Source: Vicugna vicugna (taxonomy: Eukaryota). Taken from it: a stretch of 64,000 nucleotides of DNA. Shown here in pieces: positions 13,096-25,450 of the stretch. A model generated the notes under the pieces. The model saw only the letters and a list, made by a program, of their open reading frames with translations. It ran no database searches and was not told where the DNA came from. The stretch spans positions 5,079,007 through 5,143,006 of the forward strand of contig MU062811.1 in NCBI GenBank assembly GCA_013265495.1, given 5' to 3'. Within the stretch, counting starts at the first letter, position 1, and the number at the start of each line of letters is the position of its first letter. The translations under genes and the position numbers were made by a program.

Positions 13096-15044
13096 TAGGC
13101 AGGGCCCCCTCCCTAATGCTGGAGGCTCCGACCAACAGTTCTCCCCTAGAAAAGCTCGTGCTTCGGGGCTCTGTACTCAGGGTTGGCTGCGAGTGTCCTG
13201 AGACTTCCCCAGAGTTAGGAAGGGGCCAAGCTGGGAGGGGTGACAGGCAGGTACTCCTTGGCCAGAGGCAAAGTGAGCCAGGGCACTGTGGAATGGAGGA
13301 AAAAAGTCTCTTGGCCACTAGCTCTGGCGGCTGCCCCAGATCCGCCTCCCCTCACTGTAGCACCAGTGTGCCCTCCCTGGGCCTCTGCCGGTCACCAGCC
13401 CCTTCCTTTCACTCTGGTTGGGCCTGCTGACTCGATCTGAGGGGACAATCTTCTCTGGGTATTTGTCCTTTCTTTCTCAGTCGATGCCTCTTCCCAGGAA
13501 TCTGACTGCCCTGTGCTAGTGCCTGGCTCCATTTAGCAATTCTTTAAAGATCCTGTGTTTGGGGTGGGAGGGATGGAAGAGGAGGGGGCAATTTCACAGC
13601 AGAAAAGGGGAAAACATACCCGGCTGGAGAAAGGGACAAGGACTATCAGCGACTTCCATTCAGCAGAGCCCACAGCAGAACCTGTCAGGCAGCGAGGGCA
13701 AAGTACAGAGGCCGAGAAGAGCCAGGCCCAGGGCGGGGGCTGCCAGCTCCGTCAGCCAGCCTTACTCAGCTGAAGCAGGCGACACCTTCCACCACCTCCT
13801 CAGTGAAAAGTAGCGAAGCAGCCAGGCCGAGCGGCTCCTGTCTGGGAACCTGGACTGTGTCGCAACCGAAACCACCACTAGCAGAGCCCCAGCTTGGCAA
13901 GGAGAGCAACGGGGACACAGCCCCGCGGCTTCTTGCGGGCCAGGGCCTGGTAGCCAGGAAATGCATGCAGTTCCAGGACACTACCCAGGAGCAAGGTGGG
14001 AGGAAAGGGGCCAGGAGGGGAATGGGAAGGAAGGGAGACAGAAAGAGAAAGAGGCGGGTTTAGATCAACTTCCTTCTCCCTTCCCCTCCCCCTCCCCGGA
14101 AGTGGGCTGCCCCACCCTCCCCAAGGTGCTTTGCTGTGTAACAGCTGGGAGAGGGTGAGGAGGAGACTTACTCCAGCTCAGGCTGTCATAAAGTCCTTAT
14201 CTCACCTGCAGCAGGTGGGGCCTGGGTAGGGGCTCAAATCGGCGGGAGGAGCATGTGTGAATCAGACCCAGAGAACGGCAGTAAGCCACCCATCAAGAGC
14301 ATGGGTGGGGAAGGGTGAGCGGAAGCCAGCCATCCAACAGTGGCAGATGGACCTCCTACCTCACAGGAAACTGTCAACCTGAGAAAAATGCATATTCCAC
14401 TTAGACCCAAGATATTTGGGACATAATATCAGGAGGTTCAGGGACCCTGTGAAGCCCCTTAGTTCTACATTAAGAAACTTTGCCACTGATAATGAGATGT
14501 TTAATCCTAAATTTTGCCCAAAGGCTGGGGAACAAACTAAATGTCCCTCTAAATCCCTTCCAGCCCTGATTCTGGGAGTCTGTCTCTAGGTTCCCACCAC
14601 CTCCAAGTCTCCAACCCTGCCCACCCGCCTCCAATTGCTTTCTTTAAGGACTCAGGGCCTGGGGGCAGGAGGTAGCCATTCCTCACACCTTCCTGCTGCC
14701 TAGGCAACTGCTGACCTTGGTGCAAACTGGAGCCCTCCCAGTCTGTGTCCAGTGTTCTGGTCACTGCCTTTCTTCCGGCTCCCAGATCTACTTCACATTC
14801 ATTCCACCACTCTAGGCTAGGACCTTTCCCATTAAACAACTCTTTAATAATCTCATTGCCGAGAGGCCAAAAACCCCTCTAGGGAAGGGCAAAACCTCCA
14901 CCGTGCCCTCACAGCACCTGAGTACAGACTGGGAGAGCACTCTACTCAGTGTTTACCTTATGTACGAACCCTGGTCAACAGAGGCGACATTTCTGCTACT
15001 ACTTTCTGCTGGTATGTATTTCCTATGTGCTACACATCATAGAC

Positions 15045-15190
15045 CTATGGGGTAGGTAGCATCTTCATTTTACAGATAAGAAATTTAAGGACAGAAGTTA
15101 AGAGACTTGCCCAAGGTCCCGTAGGCTTCCAGTGCAGAGCCGGGACTGGAGCCCAGTGCTCTCGCGCGCACTTCAGCACTCTGCTGTTCC
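15045..15190 (-). mobile_element. MIR
   Basis: cattttacagataagaaatttaagg...gttaagagacttgcccaaggtc. Confidence 0.75.
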
Positions 15191-16589
15191 TCATGGTCCC
15201 CTGTACCAGCTTCTCTTTAACCCTTCTTGATACTTATTCTGCTCTTATTTCCCACAAAGAAGGCTAAGTCTTTGGTTCTTCCTCCACAGACTGGGAAGAG
15301 AGGAAAGATGTGAAGACTCAGGAAAAGTACCTGGGACAAGAGGAATGTCAATATCTGGTTAAGGCCCAGGGGGAGGTGCTAGTTTAAAGACCTATCCAGG
15401 TGACCCACAGCAACCCCTCCACTCACTCCTTCCCAAAGGGGGCCCTGATATCAGTGGAAGAGGTCAGGCTTTATTCTGGACCCTGGGCTCAGTCCTGCCC
15501 CTTCACTCAGAAGCCAGAGCAGGATCAAATGGCTTCATTTACCAGTCCCCAGGATTTTGCATTGTAACAAGATTGTTTCTTAAATCTTATTTGTGGGAGG
15601 CAGTAAGGGGTTTTGTAAACTGAGGAAGTACCAAGCACTGACCTCAGAGAGGCTGGGGAGAGAGAGGGTAGGACTGAGATGAAAAGTCACGTAGCAAATC
15701 GCTAGTTCTTTAACCCTTCCTCCTTCACTGAATCCAGAAACCTTTTCTGTATCCTTTGATCCTGAGCAACTGTCACTTTCAACAACCAAGAGTCAGTAGA
15801 CCAGTGAAGCATTCTGGGTAGGAGAGTTCTGATAAAGCTGTAGAAAGCATCGACCAGTGGAGAGGCTGGGTGTACCCCCACCTCTGAAACTAACTGTGAT
15901 GGCTCCACCTGGGGACCCCCACAATCCCTTAATACTCTGTTGTAGAGGGGAGGGTGGCGCTGTATAAAACTGCCAAGGCGCTGCTCCCTTTTTCCAGCCA
16001 GAGTAGGTGCCTCCCTGACAAAGGAGGCCAACAGAACCTGTGACTGAAGCAAAGCCAAAAGCAAGGTGGTTCACTGCCCTCCAGCTCTCTGAGCTGCAAG
16101 TCTCACCCCAAGGCAGGCAACGCACCGCAGCCTGGGCTATGTGAGGAGCCTGCACACCTCAGAAGCAGCCACACCAGAGCCAGCGCCTGCCTGCGGAGAC
16201 CAGCAGGCAAGAACTGACCTGGAGTGAGAGCCGAACTGAGCCACATCCAGCTCGACCCTTCATGCATGAAGCCGCAGTGCAAGGAGCACCCCTCACATCT
16301 CCTGTCTTCTGAGCCACCTGAAATGCTGGGTTCCTCTTAAAACATGGTGGATTCTCCTGAGCAACTGGGGCTTCAGAAGCTTTCGCACTTCACCCCTGAG
16401 AATCTGCTCACCGGGCATGTCACTATCTCGTCCCCAATGACTGCTGCCCGTTTCAGCAAACCTTCATCGAGTGCTCACCTCTGGAGTCCACTGCAAAGCT
16501 CAGAGAGATCTGGTTTCTGCCTTCTAGAAACTGAGAGGAGGGGGGCTGTACACCAGACCCACGACGTATCTCTGCTTACTTATTAGGGA

Positions 16590-16830
16590 GGCAGTACAGC
16601 TCGGCAGAGCTCTGGAGGCAGCCAGACCCTGTGGGAACTCTGCCTTCGCTCCTTACCAGCTCATTGAACACCAGCCAGATCACTTGACATCTCTAGGTCT
16701 CAGTTTCCTCACCCGGGACACAAGGATACTAGCTGTTCCCACTTCACAGGATTAGAGTGAAGATGAAATGAGAAAATCCACGCTAGCGTTGACCATGGTG
16801 CCTGCCTGGTGCACAGTAAGGTCTCAACAA
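16590..16830 (+). mobile_element. MIR
   Basis: ctcagtttcctcacc...cacaggattagagtgaagatgaaatgag...cacagtaaggtctcaacaatg. Confidence 0.7.
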
Positions 16831-19800
16831 TGTTTTCTATGACCTCTATGTTCAGGTAGGAACCTTTGTTTCCCAGCTACAAGGGTTCTCTGAGCCCTAA
16901 AAAGAGCTACAATCTCTAAGAGGATGACCACAAATACCAGTGTAGCAAAGCTGGTATTCCTTCCAGAATGAGAAAAAGTCCAGTTCCTATCATGGCTGGG
17001 CTGTCAGACAAAAAGAACCCTCCTTCCTAACATAAAACCACTCCTGCCCAGAGGAGTGGGTGAATGAGAAGGCAGCCATGCCTCTGCCCTCTGAGTAGCC
17101 CAGAGGAGGAGGAAGTTGTACTGCTCTTCCTTTCTCATCAGTTCCTTAACTCCTTCCTCTCAAAAAAGGTCCAAGGAACAGCCGACATACCAGGACCACA
17201 TGGTGCCAAGGGCTGGGGGAAGCTCACATTGCCAGCCTTGCACTCCATTTGGCTCCTCCCGTACCAGTGGGTTATGGTAACCATGGAGACCAACAAGTTC
17301 CTCCATATCACAGGAGAGCCAGCCTGCCAGCAGCCCAGGGCTCTGGGGGAGGCAGAAGGCAGCCTGCAGCAGAAAGGTTTGGCTCACTTCACAGAGGATT
17401 GTGGGGAGCTGATGGAGACTAACCAGTGCAGCTGAGGTGCCTGGGCCTCCCTCTAGCTTCCTTTTCTTTTCTTTGCCTAGTAGTTTGTTATCAGCACGCT
17501 GTCTGGCTGTATGTGGTGCGATAATGATGGGCGTCATTCTGGAGTCAGACCTGTGGTGGGACCCCGGCTGCTGTGTAGGGAACAGACTGGAACTGTGGTA
17601 TGAAGAGCTACACAGACACAGACACACTGAAAGTCAGGCTCCAATATCATATAATGCCTTCTTTGAAGTGATCCATGTAAGTAAACCCTCTCATCCCTTG
17701 TTTATCCCAAATCTTTTGTTCCAGTAGTTACCCAGGCACCTTTCTAGCTGACAGTGATCTCTCCGTTCTCTGACTCTCTCTCAGCATCCCATCTGTACCC
17801 ATCCAGCTCTTCTGACTTTGTGCCTCTACACCCTAGCCCCCTTGAGCTCTGAGAGGTCAGAGGTCACCTTCATATGCCCTTAGTGCCCACATCTAGCTGC
17901 CCCATGTTATAAGTCTTACAGAATAAAAATGGTACAACTTTTTGACCTTAGTTTCCCACACTCCTGTATCAGTAGATAAGCAAGGGGAGAGGAAGGAAGG
18001 TCAAAATCTCTTGCCACGAGACTCTTTTCCTCTTTTTCAAGGCATTTATCATCCTTTGAAGTTGGCTGGTTACTCCCTGTCCTTCCCACTAGACTACACC
18101 ACAAAGGAAGGGACTCTGGTCTGTCTGGTTCATGACCCACAACAATGCCTACAGTACAGAGCAGAAGTATTCAATAAGGTACTGAATGAACAAATGTGTA
18201 TGAATGAATAAACAGGAAAACATGTTGGGGCGTCTTCATGATGGTCTCTGGGATCCACACCAATAACCTGTATCAGTATACTTTGCAGACAACGTCCAAG
18301 GGGGCTGTGGGCCACGAGATCCCCTCTCCCAAGGATGGATGACTTCTCTGGAGCATTAGTTCCACCAACAAGCTTTCACTAAGGTCATGATAAGGCCCTT
18401 GGTGTTCTCGTCTCTCACAAAGCTCAAGGCAAAGATGGTCACCAAGGTGAACAGGAGACAGACTCAGAATACAGGCAAAGTCGAGGACCAGCAGGGCTCC
18501 CCCACCTATCCCTGGCTCCCCTCAATCAAACACAAGCCCTCCTTTCATCACAGAGGGGGAAGCCTCTCCTGGAACTTCCTGCTGCCCAACAACCACCAGG
18601 CCCTCCCACTTCAGGCAGTTCTGTCTGCCTCTCCACATTCAATCCCGCTACTGCTTTGCTATCAGAACCATTGTGCCTTGCTGTGACAATGCAATGCAGC
18701 GCGAGCCATTCTAAGAGCTACTGATTTGGGGAAGTGACAGTGACTTTAGGAGACATTTACTTAACTGTTTGCCACACTGAGAGCTCTGCTTTAATATTTC
18801 CTCCTTGAATCAATGTACTGACTGCAAGGCCCTGTCAACCCTAGAGAGCCAAAAAAAAATTCACCCAGACACACCTGCCTCCTGCCCTGCTGCATAAATC
18901 AGCATTTCCCCCCTGCCTCCCACCCCTCCCCAAACTGCCTCCCATTNNNNNNNNNNNNNNNNNNNNNNNNNNNNNNNNNNNNNNNNNNNNNNNNNNNNNN
19001 NNNNNNNNNNNNNNNNNNNNNNNNNNNNNNNNNNNNNNNNNNNNNNNNNNNNNNNNNNNNNNNNNNNNNNNNNNNNNNNNNNNNNNNNNNNNNNNNNNNN
19101 NNNNNNNNNNNNNNNNNNNNNNNNNNNNNNNNNNNCATTTATGCAACAGCCTTTCTACCTGGGTGCAGATTTAACTCTTTGACTCTGCCCTTTCCAGTGG
19201 GGTTTCCTTAATACATTTTCATTCTGAAGCTGGAAGACAGGCCTTCTGGGTCCTACCTGGTTACAGCTCTACACTGGAAGGTGCTAAACAAGACATGTGC
19301 CTCTTTCCACTGCACCTTCCTCTGGAAGTGCAAAAACTACTGCCTTCCCTACTCTAGCTTCAAAGAGGGAGCTAAAGAAGGAGGAGGAAATACCAGAAAA
19401 ACACACTGGGACAAAGTTTGCTGCCCCAGAAGTCACCATGGCCAGAGGTTAGGTCTCAAGCAGGTAAAGAAGTAATGGAAACCAGCTAAGGCTGGCACCA
19501 CCACTCTCAGAACTTGTCCCCACCTGGCCAGGCTGCAATGTGGCTGCTCCACTTAAGTGACCATTAAAATCCAAGTGGCTGCTCTTTGCATGAGCAAAAC
19601 CCATTGGGCTGTTCCTGCTCACAGGCAGAGGTGTTATCTTCCTCCTACAACAGATGGTGAAAAACCCAATCAGGTGAGGGCACATGTGCCGTGGAATGGA
19701 GGGCACCCCGTTTCTGGTGCTACCTGACAATGGGTCAAATCACCCAAGATTGAGAATTCAGTCTCACCTGTTCCCAAAACAATCCTAGGAGCTGAGTACA

Positions 19801-22800
19801 GCTGTCTAGCAAACTTTCTAGGTAGGAAGTAAGGTTAGGGGTGTCTGCGTGTGCGTGTCTTTGTCATTGGGGATCTAGAAGGACAACTTACTTTTGGGAT
19901 AGATGGTGTTATAACTACAAAATAATGAGAACACTTCCACAAGGCACATGCAAATCTGCTGTAGTATTTTAGAAAAAAAATCCCCAATTTACCAAAAGTT
20001 CCATTCTTAGAAGGTACTATTTTTCCTTAGAAACACGTTACAAATGGTGGCTGTGTTCTCAGCCCAGCCCTTCAGGGCCCACCATCATATTTGAAGTAGT
20101 CTATTAACCATACTTAACATTTAAATCAGAACTCAGAACAAGAAAATAGAATTCAGTTTTCCAACATGGGATCCAGGAATGTATCTTTGCTCTCCAAGGA
20201 GCGTGGGCAATAGAAACTGGGGCTCCCTAACCTTCAAACTCGGGGTGACGGCTTGAAATAAGAGGACTTGAGTTGGGGGAGGGGAGCTTCAAAGTTATTG
20301 GAGTGACTGGGTAGGAGAGAGAGTCTCGAGATATGAAGCCAGGTTTGATGAGGAATGAGGCTGGAGAGGAATTCTGAATGGGTGCTGCCTTAAAGGAGGG
20401 GCTAATTAAGGTAGGCCAGGTAGAACTTTCAGAAAGAGAGAAGGGAGCCTAGCCTGGAACAGTCCCTTGACATATCAGGGGCAAACACTCTTTAGAACTG
20501 TCTTCGCTGCTTGGTAACTGATGTATCAAGATGTACCTCCTTTCTATCCCCGGGGCCAAGGGCAGAGATTGCTGAATCCTGTTACTAAGTAGCCATGACC
20601 CGGGCAGGTGCTTTTTGGCTAGCCTGTCAGATAAACGGAGGAGGGCTCGTGTGTCAGAAGTTGGGCGGAGAAGATTGGAAAGCAGTCTTCTCATTGGAAC
20701 TGCGTACATGGCAGCTTCGGACTTTAGGCCTAGGCTGCCTTTTAAGCCAAACACTGTTCATTTTCTGGTGGCAATGACAGTTCTACCCCAGGTTGCCCTA
20801 ACTGTGTGTGTGGCCTAGGAGCAGAGCATAGTAAATGAGATGACAGCCATTTTCCGTGGTAAGCGCCTTCTTAAAAAGTACTTTTATACTAACTCATCTT
20901 TTCAGAGAGTCTAAGAAAGAGTCTAACGGTACTAGTTTCCAAGAGAAGGGAGTGGTCAAGGTGGCAGGGAGACATGGGTTCAGGCTTCATTGTTGGAGCT
21001 TCTGAGCTTCCTAACATCTGTGATACAAACCTGGGAGCATGGCTCTCTGGTGCAGATTGGCTCATGTACAAATGGAAGTCCTCAGGAACTAGAATCACCA
21101 ATTAACAGGTGGTGTTGGGGAGGAAGGCATCCACTTTGCGGCTCTGTTGGATGCACTATTACACATACCGCAGACCAGGAGAATGCTGGTTGTTTTGAAG
21201 GAGGCAAACAGACAAGCCTCTAGCTCTCCACCTCCAAATTCACTCAGAGAGGGCAGGGAAGAAAGGATGGCTACAAAAGAAATACAGATCCGCCTCAACA
21301 AATCCTGAAGGGCAGCTCTAATTGCCAACAGGCACAGTGGCTTAAATAAAGACCTGAAGATTGAGAGGGAAAACCCACCCAGGATGCCTGGGATCAGAAG
21401 AATCTGGCTGGGCAGCAGCAGGCCACTGCTCCCCCTCCTGTTGTTCTGTCTGGTCCACACGACCACCAAGGACAAAAACAAAGAGCCCACAGGCAAAAAG
21501 GGGTTCCTACCAAGAGAAAACAGAAGGTGTAAAGTCAGAAATTACTGAATATCCAACACTGTCCAAAACACTTGGAACAATGTCTGTCATATACTAAATG
21601 CTCATGACGCTCTATTATTACTAAAATTCCATATGCTCTCCCAACTTATTCTGTAGGTTACCAGAAAAAGAGATGGCTTTTGGCTTTAACTTCCTTACTC
21701 AATGCTTACCGCAAATGCTCTATTCTCCAAAAAGAGATCTTTTCGAATTGGCCTAGGAGAGCACTAGAGTGGAAGACCAAGTTCTGGTCATCTATTTGCA
21801 CAGCTCCGACTTGGACGTGGGTTTCTGGCAGAGCCAGGAAAGGCTCCAGCAGCTCAACTTGTTTTCTCCCTTCCATAAAAGGCCACTCTACTTGCCCCTG
21901 ATAAAAAGCACTTTAAACACACATATCCCACCCTAGGAAAATGCAGAGTACACATCAAGCTCCTGAGATACACAATGCAAGCAGTCTTGCCAAGATTTTC
22001 AGAATTGGAAACTCTGAAAATTAATAGTCACAAGGGGAAATGTGACTGGTATTTAAGAAACACACACATACACAGTGTGGCTAGAGTCCCTGATTGTTAT
22101 GTACGGAAAAGCACTGCCTCTTCAGTAGTGAGATGAGGGAAACCTGGAGTGGGGGGAGCAGGGGTGAGTGGTGGTGAAAACCTAGCCGCCCTCTCAGCTC
22201 CTGAGTGTCTCTGGTTTAGAGACTCAGCCTCCTGTGGCAGCCAAGTTCCAACCACCAGCTGTCCTTCATACAACATAACAAGATCACTATTTGGGAAGAT
22301 GGGATTCTCAGTGTGGGGTTTTGTAGCCCATGAACTGGCAGGCATCTGTCTCAGGGGCAGTTTCCTAAAACAGCTGCATGTCCTGGGCCCCTGCAGACAG
22401 GATTTGAGATACAGAAGAAAGATAAATGAGATACCACAAGTAGGAAATCAGGGATAATAAAGGCAAGAAGGAATGACACTGTGTAGCTGTCTTTTTCTCA
22501 CTCCTGTCCCATGGGAGCTGACTTTTCCTACCTGGCCCTCACTGAGGAATCACATACACCCCCATCTACCTTCCTTGGCAGACCCAGGCTTCCTCCTGGC
22601 ATCTCCACCTCTTCACCCTGACAGCTCTACCACATCAAGTGACTGTGGTATCTGAAGCTGATGCTAGTTACCCCATGAAGAGATAACCAAGGTCATGTGA
22701 GCTGGCTGGACACGTTCTGCTGCACTTGTTTATAGGCAAGAGGATTAAAACAACCTGTCAGGGGAGGGAAGGGGGCAAACCCTGTACACAGGGCAAGCAC

Positions 22801-24217
22801 TGGAACACAGCATAGAGGCCTCCCGCCAAGAAATCTTTTGCTCAAATATAAAGCAGAAATCTCTCACCAAACGCCAAACCAGCCAACTATGCCAAATACC
22901 ACTTATGATCCAGTGACCTTGAGGCACTGTTCCATTTTTCCAAAGTTCTTCGTATGAAAGGTTTGGGGTTTTTTGGCGGGGTTAGGAAGACTCAAGGGAT
23001 GAGCAATACAGAACTCCATTAAGTACCCCTAATTAAATTAATACCTGAGCAAAGGCCTTCTTCTCATGAAGAAATGTATGTGGTGTAGGGCTAAAGAAAG
23101 AGAGGTATTTCCAGGGTACTTCTGCATAAAGAAAGCACTCAGTTCTCAAACGCCTAAATGCCCAATCAGAAGTCAAACTACCAAAACAGAACTTCTTATG
23201 ACCATTTCTTGCCCTACTCAAAGTCAGAACTGGGAGACCAATTATGTACAGCTCCAGGGCAGAGGGGCTCAGGCAGCAGGGAGTCCGGACCTTCTCTCTA
23301 ACCAGAAAGTAAACCTGACAATGACATCACTAGCCACCAGACAAGAAAGGAAGGCAGAAGGCGGTCAGCACCTGAGCCTGTGGCCCTGTGGCTCCAGGCT
23401 GTCTGGGCTCTCCACAGGGAGACCGCAGAAATTGGCCCCTGGCTTCCCGAAATTAGATTCTTTCTCCCCTGCTCTTCCACGAAACCATTTGTCACAGCCC
23501 CTAAATAACCAATCCTCCCCTCTTAACAGGCCTGGGCTGCTCCCATCTGGTCCCTGCGTTAGGCACTCAAGCCTTAGTAGCAAGAGGATGTTTCCATTTG
23601 GGTGCTGCCTTGGCTGGCTGGAGAGGGCGGCAGGAGAGAACTAGGGTGGCGCCTGTTCTCTAGCCAGAGGGAGAACTCGAAACACCTGCTGGCATCCTGT
23701 GTTTCCGCTCCAATTTCCCCTTTCTAGCCAAGGAGCAGCTACTCCTTTCCAAAACTTCTATCCACAGTCCTACTGAGGTCAGGGAGATGCACCCATTCTA
23801 TGAGAAGTGAAGGCAGTAAGTCCAGCTTAAGAGCTAAGAAACCTGGCTTAGGGAAGAAAGGGATATTGTGCTGCAAGGGATTCCAAGAATAAACTCTCCA
23901 AACCACCCACAAGCTCTTCGGAAGAGCAGGGGTATTTGGGAGAGCTTTCCATTTCCCTACGTATTAGACAAGAGCGTGGCCTCAGGCAGATACACATCTG
24001 GCTGGGTCACCATCTCCCCTAAGTCTCTCCAACACCAGAATGAGTCCATACCTACCACTGAGGACCAGCCCGAGATGGTAATGTGCTCCAGAATTCACAT
24101 ACTCACACATCCATTAATTTTCCTCCAGATCGCTGCTGTCATGCAGAGCAGTGAGGCGGCTGAGTCCCGCTCTGAGCCCCTGAGCCGGTCACTCCAGTTT
24201 GCTTGGTGTGTGTCGGG

Positions 24218-24238
24218 GGAGGAGGAGGAGGAGGAGGA
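24218..24238. repeat. (GGA)7 trinucleotide repeat
   Basis: Directly visible. Confidence 0.9.
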
Positions 24239-25348
24239 AGGGAGATTATGATTCTCTATTTTCAAGCCCTGCCCCTAAAACCAGGGAGGGAAGCAGCTGG
24301 GTTCCCGTTGCAGGAGAGCTCCTATCTCTGGGCACTACAGAGCCAACCAGCTGCACAAGAACTCTGGGAAACACACACATCGAACATGCTGCTGGGAAAA
24401 GGAGGGGAACCCAACCCGGGGAGAAGTGGGTTGGTCTCCTGCCAAGAACTCTGAATGGTACTCCTATCAGAACTAGAACATAACAGGAGGTAAGCAGGTT
24501 TATGGTCTCTGGGGAAAGGCAGGAGGGGAAACAGTAAAAGCTGGACTAGCATGGGAACAAAACTCGCTCCCTGGCAGGAGAGGGGACAGCCCAGCTGTCT
24601 GCCAAGCAACATCCACATGTAGTCAGAAGTGAAACGCTATCCCGTTAACGCCTTTCGGAGGTAGACAGTCCACATTCTTAACCTTAGGTCAGTTTTTACA
24701 CGCTTTACTGGCTATGCCCTGAACCCTGCAGTTTGGAGCATGGTCATTTCTGTGACCCTGTAAGTTAAGGTCTGCCACTCAAGCACTTGTGCCTCTGACT
24801 TCCAATGACAGGAGGGAAGGGGGCCTCTGGCTGGCTGTTGTACAGGGTACAGAAGCCACAGATGATGGCCCCTCCCACAGAGAGGCAGTGCTCCTCCTCC
24901 ACCAGGGCAGAGCCCAAGGCTGCCACAGAGAGGTGCTGTTTAGCGACAGAACCGTCTGTCAGAAGTGGCAGGAGAAATGGCCACCAGGTACTTCCTCTTT
25001 CTCACCAACTGCTACCATCAGCCACCATAGGCTGCCTCTGAAAAGTCTGCAAAATCTCTAACAGCAGCAATGGCCTGTGAATCACTCTTATATTAGAAGA
25101 GGAAAATTGGTCCTGACCCCTAGGCCAGAAGAAGCCCAACAGTGTCCTTAGCCAGCTCTGCTCCAAAGCTAAAACCAGTCCCACCTGCTGGGACTGAAAC
25201 CTCAGACAGCCTACTCTCCACCCACACCCACACAGAGAAAAATCAGTCCCTCTTACTCTACAACATGTGCAGGGACACCAACAGTCATCTCAACAGGGCA
25301 CCCAGTCCTGGGAACAGGAAGTGATGGATTCATACACAAAGCGCCCCT

Positions 25349-25450
25349 TACACACACGATACATACATACATACATACATACACACACACACATACATAC
25401 ATATATATATGTATCCATACATACGTATACACATCTATATACATATAGAT
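25349..25450. repeat. Compound (TACA)n/(CA)n/(TA)n microsatellite
   Basis: acacacacgatacatacatacatacatacatacacacacacacatacatacatatatatatgtat... Confidence 0.9.

Noticed and set aside
15950-16260. Plus-strand TATAAAA at 15963 and minus-strand donors near 16107 and 16219
   Set aside because: No coherent exon or promoter architecture and few CpGs; cannot be separated from chance matches without CAGE or junction data.
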